A DNA stretch of 64,000 bases from Squalus acanthias (taxonomy: Eukaryota): contig CM059431.1 of NCBI GenBank assembly GCA_030390025.1, positions 147,188,001 to 147,252,000 of the forward strand, written 5' to 3'. The notes below the pieces were generated by a model. It had not been told where the DNA came from. It ran no database searches and was given only the letters and a program-made list of their open reading frames with translations. Of the stretch, positions 1 through 11,779 are shown in pieces. Positions within the stretch are counted from its first letter, which is position 1; each line of letters opens with the position of its first letter. Position numbers and translations under genes: made by a program.

Positions 1-3000
1 CTTCATTGTTTCTAGCTTTGGACCTTCACGGTTTCTAGTTTTGGACCTTCACAGTTTCTAGTTTTGGACCTCCACTCTTTCTAGCTTTGGACCTTCACTG
101 TTTGTAGATTTGGACCTTCACTGTTTCTAGCATTGGATATTCACAGTTTCTAGCTTTGGACCTCCACTGTTTCTTGCTTTGGACCTCCACTGTTTCTTGC
201 TTTGGACCTCCACTGTTTCTAGCATTGGATCTCTACTTTCTCTAGCATTGGACCTTCACTGTTTCTAGCTTTGGACCTTCACTGTTTCTAGCTTTGGATC
301 TTCACAGTTTCTAGCTTTGTAACTCCACTGTTTCTAGCTTTGGACCTTCACTGTTTCTAACTTTGGACCTCCACTGTTTCTAGCTTTGGACCTCCACTAT
401 TTCTAGCTTTGGACCACCACTGTTTCTAGCGTTGCACCTTCACTGTTTCTAGCTTTGGACCTTCACTGTTTCTAGCTTTGGACCTCCACTGTTTCTAGCT
501 TTGGACGTTCATTGTTTCTAGCTTTGGACCTTCACAGTTTCTAGTTTTGGATCTTCACAGTTTCTAGTTTTGGACCTCCACTGTTTGTAGATTTGGACAT
601 TCATTGTTTCTAGCTTTGGACCTTCACGGTTTCTAGTTTTGGACCTTCACAGTTTCTAGTTTTGGACCTCCACTCTTTCTAGCTTTGGACCTTCACTGTT
701 TCTAGCATTGGATATTCACAGTTTCTAGCTTTGGACCTCCACTGTTTGTAGATTTGGACCTTCACTGTTTCTAGCTTTGGACGTTCACAGTTTCTAGCTT
801 TGGACCTCCACTGTTTCTAGCTTTGGACCTCCACTGTTTCTAGCTTTGGACCTTCAGTCTTTCTAGCTTTGGACCTCCACTGTTTCTAGCATTGGTCCTT
901 CAGTCTTTCTAGCTTTGGATCCCCACTGTTTCTAGCTTTGCACTTACACTCTTTCTAGCTTTGTACCTTCACAGTTTCTAGCTTTGGATCTCCACTGTTT
1001 CGAGCATTGGACCTCCACTGTTTCTAGCTTTGGACCTTCAGTCTTTCTAGCTTTGGACCTCCACTGTTTCTAGCATTGGTCCTTCAGTATTTCTAGCTTT
1101 GGATCCCCACTGTTTCTAGCTTTGCACTTACACTCTTTCTAGCTTTGTACCTTCACAGTTTCTAGTTTTGGACCTCCACTGTTTGTAGATTTGGACCTTC
1201 ATTGTTTCTAGCTTTGGACCTTCACGGTTTCTAATTTTGGACCTTCACAGTTTCTAGTTTTGGACGTCCACTGTTTCTATCTTTGTATCTCCTCTCTTTC
1301 TAGCATTGGACCTGCACTGTTTCTAGCTTTGGATCTTCACTGCTTCCAGCTTTGTATCTCCACTGTTTCTAGCTTTGGAGCTCCACTGTTTCTAGCTTTG
1401 GACCTTCACTGTTTCCAGCTTTGTATCTCCACTGTTTCTATCTTTGGACCCCAATGTTTCTAGCTTTGGATCTCCACTCTTTCTAGCTTTGGACCTTCAG
1501 TCTTTCTAGCTTTGGACGTCCACTTTTTCTAGCCTTGGACCTTCACTCTTTCTAGCTTTGGATCCCCACTGTTTCTAGCTTTGGACTTACACTCTTTCTA
1601 GCTTTGTACCTTCACAGTTTCTAGCTTTGGATCTCCACTGTTTCGAGCATTGGAGCTCCACTCTTTCTAGCATTGGATCTCCACTTTTTCTAGCATTGGA
1701 CATTCACTGTTTCTACCTTTGGACGTCCACTGTTTCTATCTTTGGATCTCCTCTTTTTCTAGCTTTGGACCTTCACTCCTTCTAGCTTTGGACCTTCACT
1801 GTTTCTAGCTTTGAAACTCCACTGTTTCTAGCTTTGGACCTTCACAGTTTCTAGCTTTGGACAATCACAGTTTCTAGCTTTGGACCTCCACTGCTTCTAG
1901 CTTTGGAACTCCACTATTTCTAGCTTTGGACCAGCAATGTTTCTAGCGTTGGACCTTCACTGTTTCCATCTTTGGACCTTCACTGTTTCTAACTTTGGAT
2001 CTCCACTGTTTCTAGCTTTGGACCTTAACAATTTCCAGTTTTTGACCTCCACTGTTTCTAGCTTTGGACTTTCACTGTTTCTACCTTTGGACCTTCACTG
2101 TTTCTAGCTTTGGACGTCCACTGTTTCTAGCTTTGGACCTTCACTGTTTCCAGCTTTGTATCTCCACTGTTTCTAGCTTTGGAGCTACACTGTTTCTAGC
2201 TTTGGACCTCCACTGTTTCTAGCTTTGGACCTTCATTGTTTCTAGCTTTGGACCTTCACAGTTTCTAGTTTTGGACCTCCACTGTTTCTAGCTTTGGACC
2301 TTCACTGTTTCTAGCTTTGGACCTTCACTGTTTCTAGCTTTGGACGTCCACTGTTTCTAGCTTTGGACCTTCACTGTTTCCAGCTTTGTATCTCCACTGT
2401 TTCTGGCTTTGGAGCTTCAATGTTTCTAGCTTTGGACCTCCACTGTTTCTAGCTTTGGAACTTCATTGGTTCTAGCTTTGGAACATCACAGTTTCTAGCT
2501 TTGGATCTTCACAGTTTCTAGCTTTGGATCTCCACTGTTTCTAGCTTTGGACCTTCACTGTTTCCAGCTTTGTATCTCCACTGTATCTAACTTTGGACCT
2601 TTACTGTTTCTAGCATTGGAACTTCACTGTTTCTGGCTTTGTACCTCCACTGTTTCTGGCTTTGGACCTCCACTGTTTCTTGCTTTGGACCTCCACTGTT
2701 TCTAGCATTGGATCTCTACTTTTTCTAGCATTGGACCTTCACTGTTTCTAGCTTTGGACCTTCACTGTTTCTAGCTTTGGATCTTCACAGTTTCTAGCTT
2801 TGTAACTCCACTGTTTCTAGCTTTGGACCTTCACTGTTTCTAACTTTGGACCTCCACTGTTTCTAGCTTTGGACCTCCACTATTTCTAGCTTTGGACCAC
2901 CACTGTTTCTAGCGTTGCACCTTCACTGTTTCTAGCTTTGGATCTTCACTGTTTCTAGCTTTGGACCTCCACTGTTTCTAGCTTTGGACGTTCATTGTTT

Positions 3001-4120
3001 CTAGCTTTGGACCTTCACAGTTTCTAGTTTTGGATCTTCACAGTTTCTAGTTTTGGACCTCCACTGTTTGTAGATTTGGACCTTCATTGTTTCTAGCTTT
3101 GGACCTTCACGGTTTCTAGTTTTGGACCTTCACAGTTTCTAGTTTTGGACCTCCACTCTTTCCAGCTTTGGACCTTCACTGTTTCTAGCATTGGATATTC
3201 ACAGTTTCTAGCTTTGGACCTCCACTGTTTGTAGATTTGGACCTTCACTGTTTCTAGCTTTGGACGTTCACAGTTTCTAGCTTTGGACCTCCACTGTTTC
3301 TAGCTTTGGACCTCCACTGTTTCTAGCTTTGGACCTTCAGAGTTTCTAGCTTTGGACCTCCACTGTTTCTAGCTTTGGACCTCCACTGTTTCTAACTTTG
3401 GACCACCACTGTTTCTAGCTTTGGACCTCCACTGTTTCTAGCTTTGGACCTCCACTGTTTCTAGCTTTGGACCTCCACTGTTTCTAGCATTGGACCTTCA
3501 GTCTTTCTAGCTTTGGATCTTCATTGTTTCTAGCTTTGGACCTTCACAGTTTCTAGTTTTGGACCTTCACAGTTTCTAGTTTTGGACCTTCACAGTTTCT
3601 AGCTTTGGACCTCCACTGTTTCTAGCTTTTGACCTCCACTGTTTCTAGCTTTGGACCTGCACTGTTTCTAGTTTTTTTACCTCTACTGTTTCTACCTTTG
3701 GACCTCCACTGTTTCTAGCTTTGGACCTCCACTGTTTCTAGCTTTGGACCTCCACTCCTTCTAGCTTTGTACCTTCACAGTTTCTAGATTTGGACCTTCA
3801 CAGTTTCTAGCTTTGGAACTTCGCAGATTCTAGTTTTGGTACTCCACTCTTTCCAGGTTTGGACCTTCACTGTTTCTAGCTTTGGACCTTCACTCTTTCT
3901 AGCTTTGGACCTTCACTCTTTCTAGCTTTGGACCTTCACTGTTTCTTGCTTTGGACCTCGACTGTTTATCGCTTTGGATCGCCACGGTTTCTTGCTATGG
4001 ACCTCTATTGTTGCTAGCTTTGCACCTCCAGTGTTTTTAGCATTGGACCTCCACTGTTTTTAGCATTGGTACACCACTCGTTCTAACTTTGGACATCCAC
4101 TGTTTCTACCATCAGACCTT
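1..4120. repeat. Satellite/minisatellite array, 23-bp unit (consensus TTTCTAGCTTTGGACCTYCACTG); runs off the left edge
   Basis: TCTAG recurs at 241, 264, 287 (period 23) throughout. The array degenerates toward ~4100. Confidence 0.97.
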
Positions 4121-4195
4121 TATTTTACTAATCGAGCCAATAATCTTAACTGCAAAGTTTTCCCCTTGAATTACCCGGAATCTACCAAAATCAAA

Positions 4196-4215
4196 TTGTT
4201 TCTTTTGTTTTACAG
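4196..4215 (+). other. Splice acceptor of the B3GALT5-like coding exon
   Basis: Polypyrimidine tract ttgtttcttttgttttacAG ends at 4215, 34 nt before the ATG at 4250. Confidence 0.6.
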
Positions 4216-4249
4216 CTGACTTAAACATTAGGATATTTTCTGGTGCAAT

Positions 4250-5182
4250 ATGGTGTTCCTAATGACGTACCACAAATGTTCATTTGTTTGTGTGACCATT
4301 TTGCTGATATATATGTTACTCGGATATTTAAGCCGCAACATTTCTGACTATTGGCATTAGCCAGAGTTAAATGACGGCTCCTTCTTAATGCGACCCGAAA
4401 GCAGGCGTGACGTCGGTCCCCCATTCCTGGTCCTTCTTGTCACCAGCGCCCAGGACCAGTTCGAGGCTCGCTCGGCCATTCGCCAGACCTGGGGCAGAGA
4501 GCGGACATCACATGGCAAGAGGGTAGTGACCTACTTCCTGCTTGGGTACAGCCGGGAGCATCAGAAGCATCTGCTAGAGGAAGGTTTGCTGCACAAAGAC
4601 ATCATACAGAAAGAGTTCAGCGACACTTATTACAACCTGACCACCAAGGTGCTGATGGGCCTGGAATGGGTGAGCCGATTTTGTCCTTCCGCCTCCTTTG
4701 TGATGAAAACCGATTCAGACATGTTTGTCAACGCTGATTATCTGAGAAACCTCCTCCTGTCACGAACCACTCGCAGGAATATCTTCACCGGCTACATACA
4801 GAGAAATGCAAGACCCAACAGGGACAAATCCAGTAAATGGTACGTGAGTGAACAGGAATACCCTCTGGAAACGTATCCGCCATTCTGCTCTGGCACTGGG
4901 TACGTGCTGTCGACAGATGTCGCCTGCCGAGTTTGGACCGTTTCGAATATCGTCCCCAGATTGAAACTCGAGGATGTTTTCGTCGCTCTCTGCGTGGCTA
5001 AGTTGAAGATAGAGCCGGTGTAAATCCACTCGCGGCAAGCATTCTACAATTCAAAGGTCCCGTTTTCTATTTGCGACTTTCGGAAACTCGTGACCTCTCA
5101 CGGAGTGAAACCCTCCGAGATGCTGAGCTACTGGAAAGCACTGACAGATGCGGCAACTGAGGACTGCCCTGGAGATACGTGA
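4250..5182 (+). pseudogene. B3GALT5: Beta-1,3-galactosyltransferase 5-like (GT31 family) single coding exon with two in-frame stops
   Basis: One frame from ATG 4250: MVFLMTYHKCSFVCVTILLIYMLLGYL (type II membrane anchor) ...DYWH*PELNDGSFLMRP...PPFLVLLVTS...AIRQTWG...KTDSDMF (DxD)...YPPFCSGTGY...EDVF...IEPV*IHSRQAFYNSKVPFSICDFRKLVTSHGVKPSEMLSYWKALTDAATEDCPGDT*. Total 310 codons. Internal stops are TAG 4358-4360 and TAA 5021-5023. Confidence 0.88.
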
Positions 5183-5684
5183 ATGAGGCCATCGTGAAGA
5201 AGCTTGTCATTTGCCCCGCCAAATGTCACTTGCACAAATCCCTTTATTGTACTGCATCATTACACCCATACCTGATAACATAACTGCTGCTGGTGGTGTG
5301 CAGGCATAATACTCACTGCCCCTCCAAAATAATCTGTGTGAAGTGCTTTAGGATGATTCTGGGAGATCCGACAAGGTGTGAGGTTTATCTGTCCTTTATT
5401 GGAATTTGTGCATCTCCAATCATTTCCTCCATTCTCTTCACATTTATTAGGATACCTCCTGTATGACAGGCCATGATGTAATTGCACGCTCCTTCCAGTG
5501 GTGTTGCTGTAGAGACTCAGTTTGAACACCCCAGCTCCTCCGCCTGTACCACAGAGAAGCCAAATCCACATCTCCGCTTCCCAAACTGCAATTTACCTGG
5601 ATTTCTGACCACAAATAATAATATAATATCAAGATATGTGAAAATTTATATATTTAAGATAATTAGCGATTGAATCAGAGGGAA

Positions 5685-5900
5685 GATGAGGTGAATTTGT
5701 CTCTCGCAGCGAGTTGCTATGATCTGGAATGCTGTGCTTTGAAAGGGTGGTAGAAGCAGTTTCAACAAAAACTTTGAAAAGGGAAATTGAATGAATACTT
5801 GAAGCGATAAATGTGCAGGGCTTCGGGGAAGGAGCAGAGGAGTGGGACTAAATGGAGGCTCTTTCACAGAGCCGGCACAGGAACGAATCTTTTGATGAAC
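5685..5900 (+). mobile_element. CR1 LINE 3' fragment
   Basis: cagcgagttgctatgatctggaatgctgtg...gagtgggactaaatgg...gagccggcac resembles the ORF2 end and 3'UTR of the other CR1 copies in the window. Confidence 0.6.
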
Positions 5901-6916
5901 CAATCAAATTAATCAAAGAGCTCTTAAAAATAATGCCTGCCTTTTTTCAGTATCTGAAATGTCTGATCTCCAAAATGAGGTTCAAAATAAAAAATAAAAA
6001 CTTCATTTCAGCATCAACAGCATTAAATCTAATGATTGCATTTTTCTTAATATTTATTTTATTGCCTTGCATGAAGGATAAACTTCAAAGCCTCAGCACG
6101 TCTCAAAAACCTAGGTTTACATTAATATATTTTAACCTCGGAATAGATGAATAAACCTTTCCAAGACACATGTACATTCTCAGTTGTTCGAATTTCTGGA
6201 TCTCAGACAGCCACTTTTCATATTTGCCCCAAATACCTAACTCCAGAGCCGGTCTCTCTGTACACAAATCTATAGGCCACATCCCCAGTGCTCCCTGATC
6301 CCAGGTCTTGCCCCAGTGCTCTAACACCGTGAGATCCCGAATCATTTTCCAAGGGTCCGAATACTAATGCTAAGCCGTGAGACCTCAATGTACACAGAAA
6401 TACAGCGCTGTTATAACACAGAAACAATCCATTCCGCCCAACCAGTCAATGTCTTTCTTTATCCGCTACACAAGCAAATAGCTCCAATCATATTGACCCG
6501 CCCTGTTCAAACTCTTCTGCGAATTTCAAGGTAATTGACAAAAGAACCAGACGCGACATGAGGAAACAATTTTTTGTACAGCGAGTTGTTGTTATCGGGC
6601 CTGCAATACCTGAAAGTATAGTTGGGGCAGATTGAATCGTAAATTGCAAAAGAGAATTGGAAACGGCGATGACTGCTGCTGTAAAATCCTTCCCACAGTA
6701 TGGTTTGAAAAAAATTAAAGTTTATTCTGCACCGTTCCTGCATAACTAATTTATGGGAGAGGGGAGTCTCTCGCTTTATTTCCAATTAATCAGTGTCTAC
6801 AAATATTTCAGGTGTAACTTCCTCGACCGTTTTTGCTGAGGTTACAGAAGTTCCCTCCCCGAGCGTGGCCTCCCACACAGAGGGAGGATTATCGGAAAAT
6901 CCCGGATTCATTACCT

Positions 6917-9900
6917 CATAGCCATAGTCATAGAGACATAGATTTATACAGCACAGAAAGAGGCCTTTCGGCTCATCGTGTCCTCGCCGGCCATCAAGCC
7001 CTATCTATTCTAATCCCATTTTCCAGCACTTGGTCCGTTGCCTTGTATGCAATGGCGTTTCAAGTGCTCATCTAAATGCTTCTTGATTGTTGTGATGGTT
7101 CCTGCCTCTACTACCGTTTTAGGCAGTGAGCTCCAGATTCCAACCACCCTCTGGGTGAAAACGTTTTTCATCAATTCCCCTCTAAAGCTCCAGCACCTTA
7201 CCTTGAAACTATGCCCCCTGGTTATTGACCCCTCTACTGAGGGGAAAAGTTCCTTTCTATCTACCCTATCCATGCCCCCCATAATTTTGTACACCTCAAT
7301 CAGGTCCACCCTAAGCCTTCTCTTATCTAAGGGAAACAACCCCAGCCTGTCCAGTCTCTCTTCAAAGCTGAAGCGCTCCAGCCCAGGTAACATCCTGGTG
7401 AATCTCCGCTGCATCCTCTCCAATGCAATCACATCCTTCCAATAGTGTGGCGACCAGAACTGCACACAGTATTCTAGCTGTGGCCTAACTAGCGTTTGGT
7501 ACAGCTCCATCATAAACTCCCTGCTCTTATATTCTATGACTCGGCTAATGAAGGCAAGTATCCCATATGCCTTTTTAACACCTTATCTACCTGTTCCGGA
7601 GCCTTCAGGGATCTATATACATGCGCACCAAGATCCCTTTGATCCTCTGTCCTTCCTTTAGTCCTAACATTCATTGTGTATTCCCTTGCCTTGTTAGTCC
7701 TCCTAAAATGCATCACCTCACACTTTTGAGGATTAAATTCCCTTTGCCACTGGTCTGCCCGTCTGACCAAACCGTCTCTCTCGTCCTGTAGCCTGAGGCT
7801 CCCCTCCTCGCTATTTACCACTCCACCAATTTTCGTGTCATCTGCGAACTTACTGATCATACCTCCGACATTCATATCTAAATCATGAATATACACTACA
7901 AACAGCAAAGGACCCAGCAGCGATCCCTGCGGTACACCACTGGACACAGGCTTCTGGTCACAAAAACAACCTTCGACCATCACCCTCTGACTCCTGCCAC
8001 TAAGCCAATTTTGGATCCAATGTGCCAAATTGCCCTGAATAACATGGGCTCTTACCTTCTTGACCAGTCTCCCATGCGGGACTTTGTCAAAAGCCTTACT
8101 GGAGTCCATGTAGACTACATCAACTGCACTACCCTCATCCACATACCTAGTCACCCCATGGAAACATTCAATCAAATTGGTAAGACATGATCTCTCCCTG
8201 ACAAAACCATGATGACTGTCCTTAATTAATCATTGCCTCTCCAAGTGGAGACAAATTCTGTCCCTCAACATTTTTTCCAATAACTTCCCTACCACTGATA
8301 TCAGGCTCACTGGCCTGTAATTCCCTGGTTTAACCCTACTACCCTTCTTGAATAATCGGTACTACGTTAGATATCCTCCAGTCCTCTGGCACCTCCCCTG
8401 TGGCCAGAAAGGTTCTGAAAATTTGTGTCAGAGCCCGTGCAATCTCCTCCCAAGCCATACACAGCAGCCTGGGATACATCTCGTCTGGGCCTGGGGATTT
8501 ATCCACTTTTAAGCCTGCTAAAGGTGCGAGTGCCCCTCCCTCTGAATAATAATTTGTTCAAGTATATCACAATCCCCCTGCCTGATTTCTATGCCTACAT
8601 CGTCCCTATCCATAGTGAACACAGATGCAAAATATTTGTTAAAACCTCACCCACATCTTCCGGCTCTAGACACAGTTTGCCACTTGGGTCCCTAATGGGC
8701 CCTACTCTTTCCCTGGTTATCCTCTTGCCCTTAATATACTTATAAAACAACTTGGGATTTTCCTTTATTTTGCCCGCCAGTGTTATTTCATTACCCTTTT
8801 CGCTCTCCTAATTTATTTTTTAAGTAACCCCCTGCACTTTCTATACTCCTCTAGGGCTTCCACTGTTTTCAGTCGTTTGTATCTGCCAAAAGCCTCCCTT
8901 TTATTCCTAATTCATTCTTGTATAACCCTTGACGTCCAGGGTTCCCTGGGCATGTTGGTCCCACCCTTGACCTTTACGGGAACATGTTGGCGTTGTACTC
9001 TCTCTATTTCCATTCCGAAAGACGCCCACTGCTCTGATGTGGATTTTCTTACACGTAGCTGATCCCAATCCACTTTAGCCAGATCCTGCCTTATCATATT
9101 AAAATCGTCCTTCCCCCAATTTAGAACCATTATTTCCGGTCCATCTTTGTCCTATTGCATGACTACCTTGAAGCTCACCGAATTATGGTCACTGTTACCA
9201 AAATGCTCTCCAACTGACACTTCTACCACTTGCCCGGCTACATTCCCTAGAATTAGATCCAGTACCGATCCCTCTCTTGTACGAATTTCTACGTGCTGGC
9301 TCAAAAAGCTCTCCGGGATGCTCTTTAAGAATTCTGCACCCTCTAAGCCTTTCACATTCTGACTATCCCAGTTAATATTGGGGAAGTTCAAATCCCCTAC
9401 TATTATTACCCAAATATTTCTGCACTTCTCTGAGATTTGCCCACATATCTGTTCCTCTATCTCCCCCCTGACTGTTTGGGGGCCTATAGTACACTCCCAG
9501 CAAAGTGCTTGCCCCCTTTTTATTTTTAGGTCTCGACCCATATGGCCTCATTAGAGGAACCTGCTGAGATATCATCCCTCTTACAGCAGTAATTGACTCC
9601 TTGATTAATATTGCGACATCCCCTCCTCTTTTGCACCCACCTCTGTCTCGCCTGAAGATTCCATACACCGGAATATTGAGCTGCCAGTCCTGCCCCTCCC
9701 TCAACCACGTCTCTGTGATAGCAACATTATCATTCTCCCATGTGTTCATCAACATCTTCAATTCATCTGCCTTACTCGCAAGAATCCTTGCATTAAAATA
9801 AATGCCATCCATCCTTGCATACTCCATTGTGCCGTTACATTTTTGCTCTGCCTTCCAGGCTGACTTGTTTTTTCCTCTACATTTGGCTGTGCATCACCCC

Positions 9901-10790
9901 CGACTGTAGCTCCACTCCGTATCCCATACCCCTGCCAAGTTAGTTTAATCCCCCCCACCAAACAAAAAACAGTACTAGCAAACCTTCCCGCAAGGATGTT
10001 GGTCCTGTTCCGGTTCAGGTGCAACCCTTCCGATTTGTACAGGTCCCATCTTCCCCAGAAGCAGACCCAGTGATCCAGGAAACTGAAGCCTGCCTCCTGC
10101 ACCAACTCTTTAGCCACGCATTCATCTGCTCTATCCTCCTATTCCTATACTCACTAGCACGTGGCACCGGGAGTAATCCAAGAATATAACCTTTGAGGTC
10201 CTGCTTTTTAATGTGCTACATAGCTCCCTTAATTCTTTTAGTAGGACCTCATCCCTCTGTCTACCCATGTCGTTGGTACCAATGTGAACAACGACCTCTC
10301 AATGTTCGCCCTCCCCCTTCGGAATGTCCTGCTGCCGTTCAGTGACCCTGGCACCAAGGAAGCAACATGCCATCCGGGAGTCACGTCTGCGGCCACAGAA
10401 ACGTCTATTTGTTCCCCTTAATATAGAATCCCCTATACTATTGCTCTCCCACTCTTTTTCCTCCCCTCCTGTGCAACTGAGCCAATCGTAGTGCCACGGT
10501 CTTGGCTCTTGCTGCATTCTCCTGAGAGACCATCTGCCCCATCAGTATCCAAAATGGAAAATCTGTCGGAGAGGGATATGGACTCAGCGGACTCCTGCAC
10601 TACTTTCCTAGTTCATTTACTCTGTCTGGCGGTCACCCATTCCCTGTCATCCTGTGCACGCTTTACCTGCGATGTGACCACCTCGTTAAACCTGCTATCC
10701 ACAAAGATCTCAGCTTCGTGGATGCTCCACAGTGACTGCAGCCGCAGCTCCAGCTCCGAAACGCGGATTTCGAGTAGCTGCAGCTGGCTG
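6917..10790 (-). mobile_element. Near-full-length CR1 LINE, disrupted: ORF1 with SGNH esterase, ORF2 APE endonuclease + RT, 3' tail
   Basis: Minus-strand ORF fragments. ORF1: LLEIRVSELELRL, IGDSILRG..., LHLNRNRT. EN: NARI..., AITETWL, GVYYRPP, VGDLNFP, SDHN. RT: KAFDKVPH, GVPQGSLLGP, KFADDTK, LEYCVQFWSP. A (CTATGA)-like tail lies at 6917-6945. Several frameshifts and stops. Confidence 0.95.
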
Positions 10791-10885
10791 AAGATGTTTT
10801 GGCCTAGGACACCGCCCTGAGAAACTCCTGCAGCGTTGTCCTGGGGCTTTGATGATTGATCTTCAACCACCACAACCAACGGTTG
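10788..10885 (-). mobile_element. Short RT fragment of LINE family B
   Basis: Similar to 17650-17740 (GVSQGGVLG, cf. GVPQGSVLG). Confidence 0.7.
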
Positions 10886-11049
10886 TTAAACGGTGTAGGA
10901 AAGACAGCATCAGGTCAAAAGTTCAGCTTAGCCTCTCTTTCCCAAATAAGAGTTTTATATACTAAGGTACGGGGTATGAGAAATAAATTTAGTGAATTGG
11001 AGGCTCAAATGTGTCAAATGGATCCGCAGTTGCTGATGATACAAAGCTA

Positions 11050-11770
11050 GGTGTGAAAGTAAGTTGTGAGGAAGGATGCAAAGATGATTCAAAAGGATAA
11101 AGACAGGTTAAGTGATTGGTAAATAACATGGCAGATGGAACATAACGTGGAGAAATGTGAAGTTATCCACTTTGGTAGGAAAAATAGAAAGACAGAATAT
11201 TTTTAAGTGTTGGGAGATCGGGAAATGTTGGGATTCAGAGGGAACTGGGTGTCCTTATAAACTGCAAGTTAGCATGCAGGTGCAGCAACCAATTAGGAAA
11301 TCAAATATGTTAGGTTTAATTTTTTTTAAAGTTAGGAGTATAAGAGTGAATAATTCGTTCTGCAATTATATCAGTCCTTGCTGAGACCACACCTGGAGTA
11401 TTGTGTAAAGTTTTTGTCTCCTTACTTAAGGAAGGACATACTTGCCTTAGTGTGAGAGCAACGAAGGTCCAACAGACTGATTTCTTGGGATGAGGCGATT
11501 GTCCTATGAGGAGAGATTGAAGAGACTAGGCCCATATCCCTAGAATTTAGAAGAATGAGAGGTGATCTCTACACCAGAAGACTGTGGGTGCTCAGTCGTT
11601 GAGTATATTGAAGGCATAGATCAGTAGATTTTTGGATAATAACGGAATCAAGAAATATGAAGTTAGTGCGGGAGGGTGGAGTTGAGGTAGAAGATCAGCC
11701 ATGTTCTTATTGAATAGCGGAGCAGGCTCGAGGGCCCGTATGGCCAACTCCTGCTCCCATTGCTTATGTT
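11050..11770 (+). mobile_element. CR1 3' fragment
   Basis: Decayed RT C-terminus and 3'UTR ending ctcctgctcccattgcttatgttctta. Confidence 0.8.
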
Positions 11771-11779
11771 CTTAAATAC

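Noticed and set aside
1260-1463. 67-aa ORF with repeated LALDLHCFQLC
   Set aside because: Chance stop-free frame within the 23-bp satellite.
4388-5023. 211-aa ORF as a complete functional gene
   Set aside because: It is the segment between two premature stops and lacks the membrane anchor and C-terminus.
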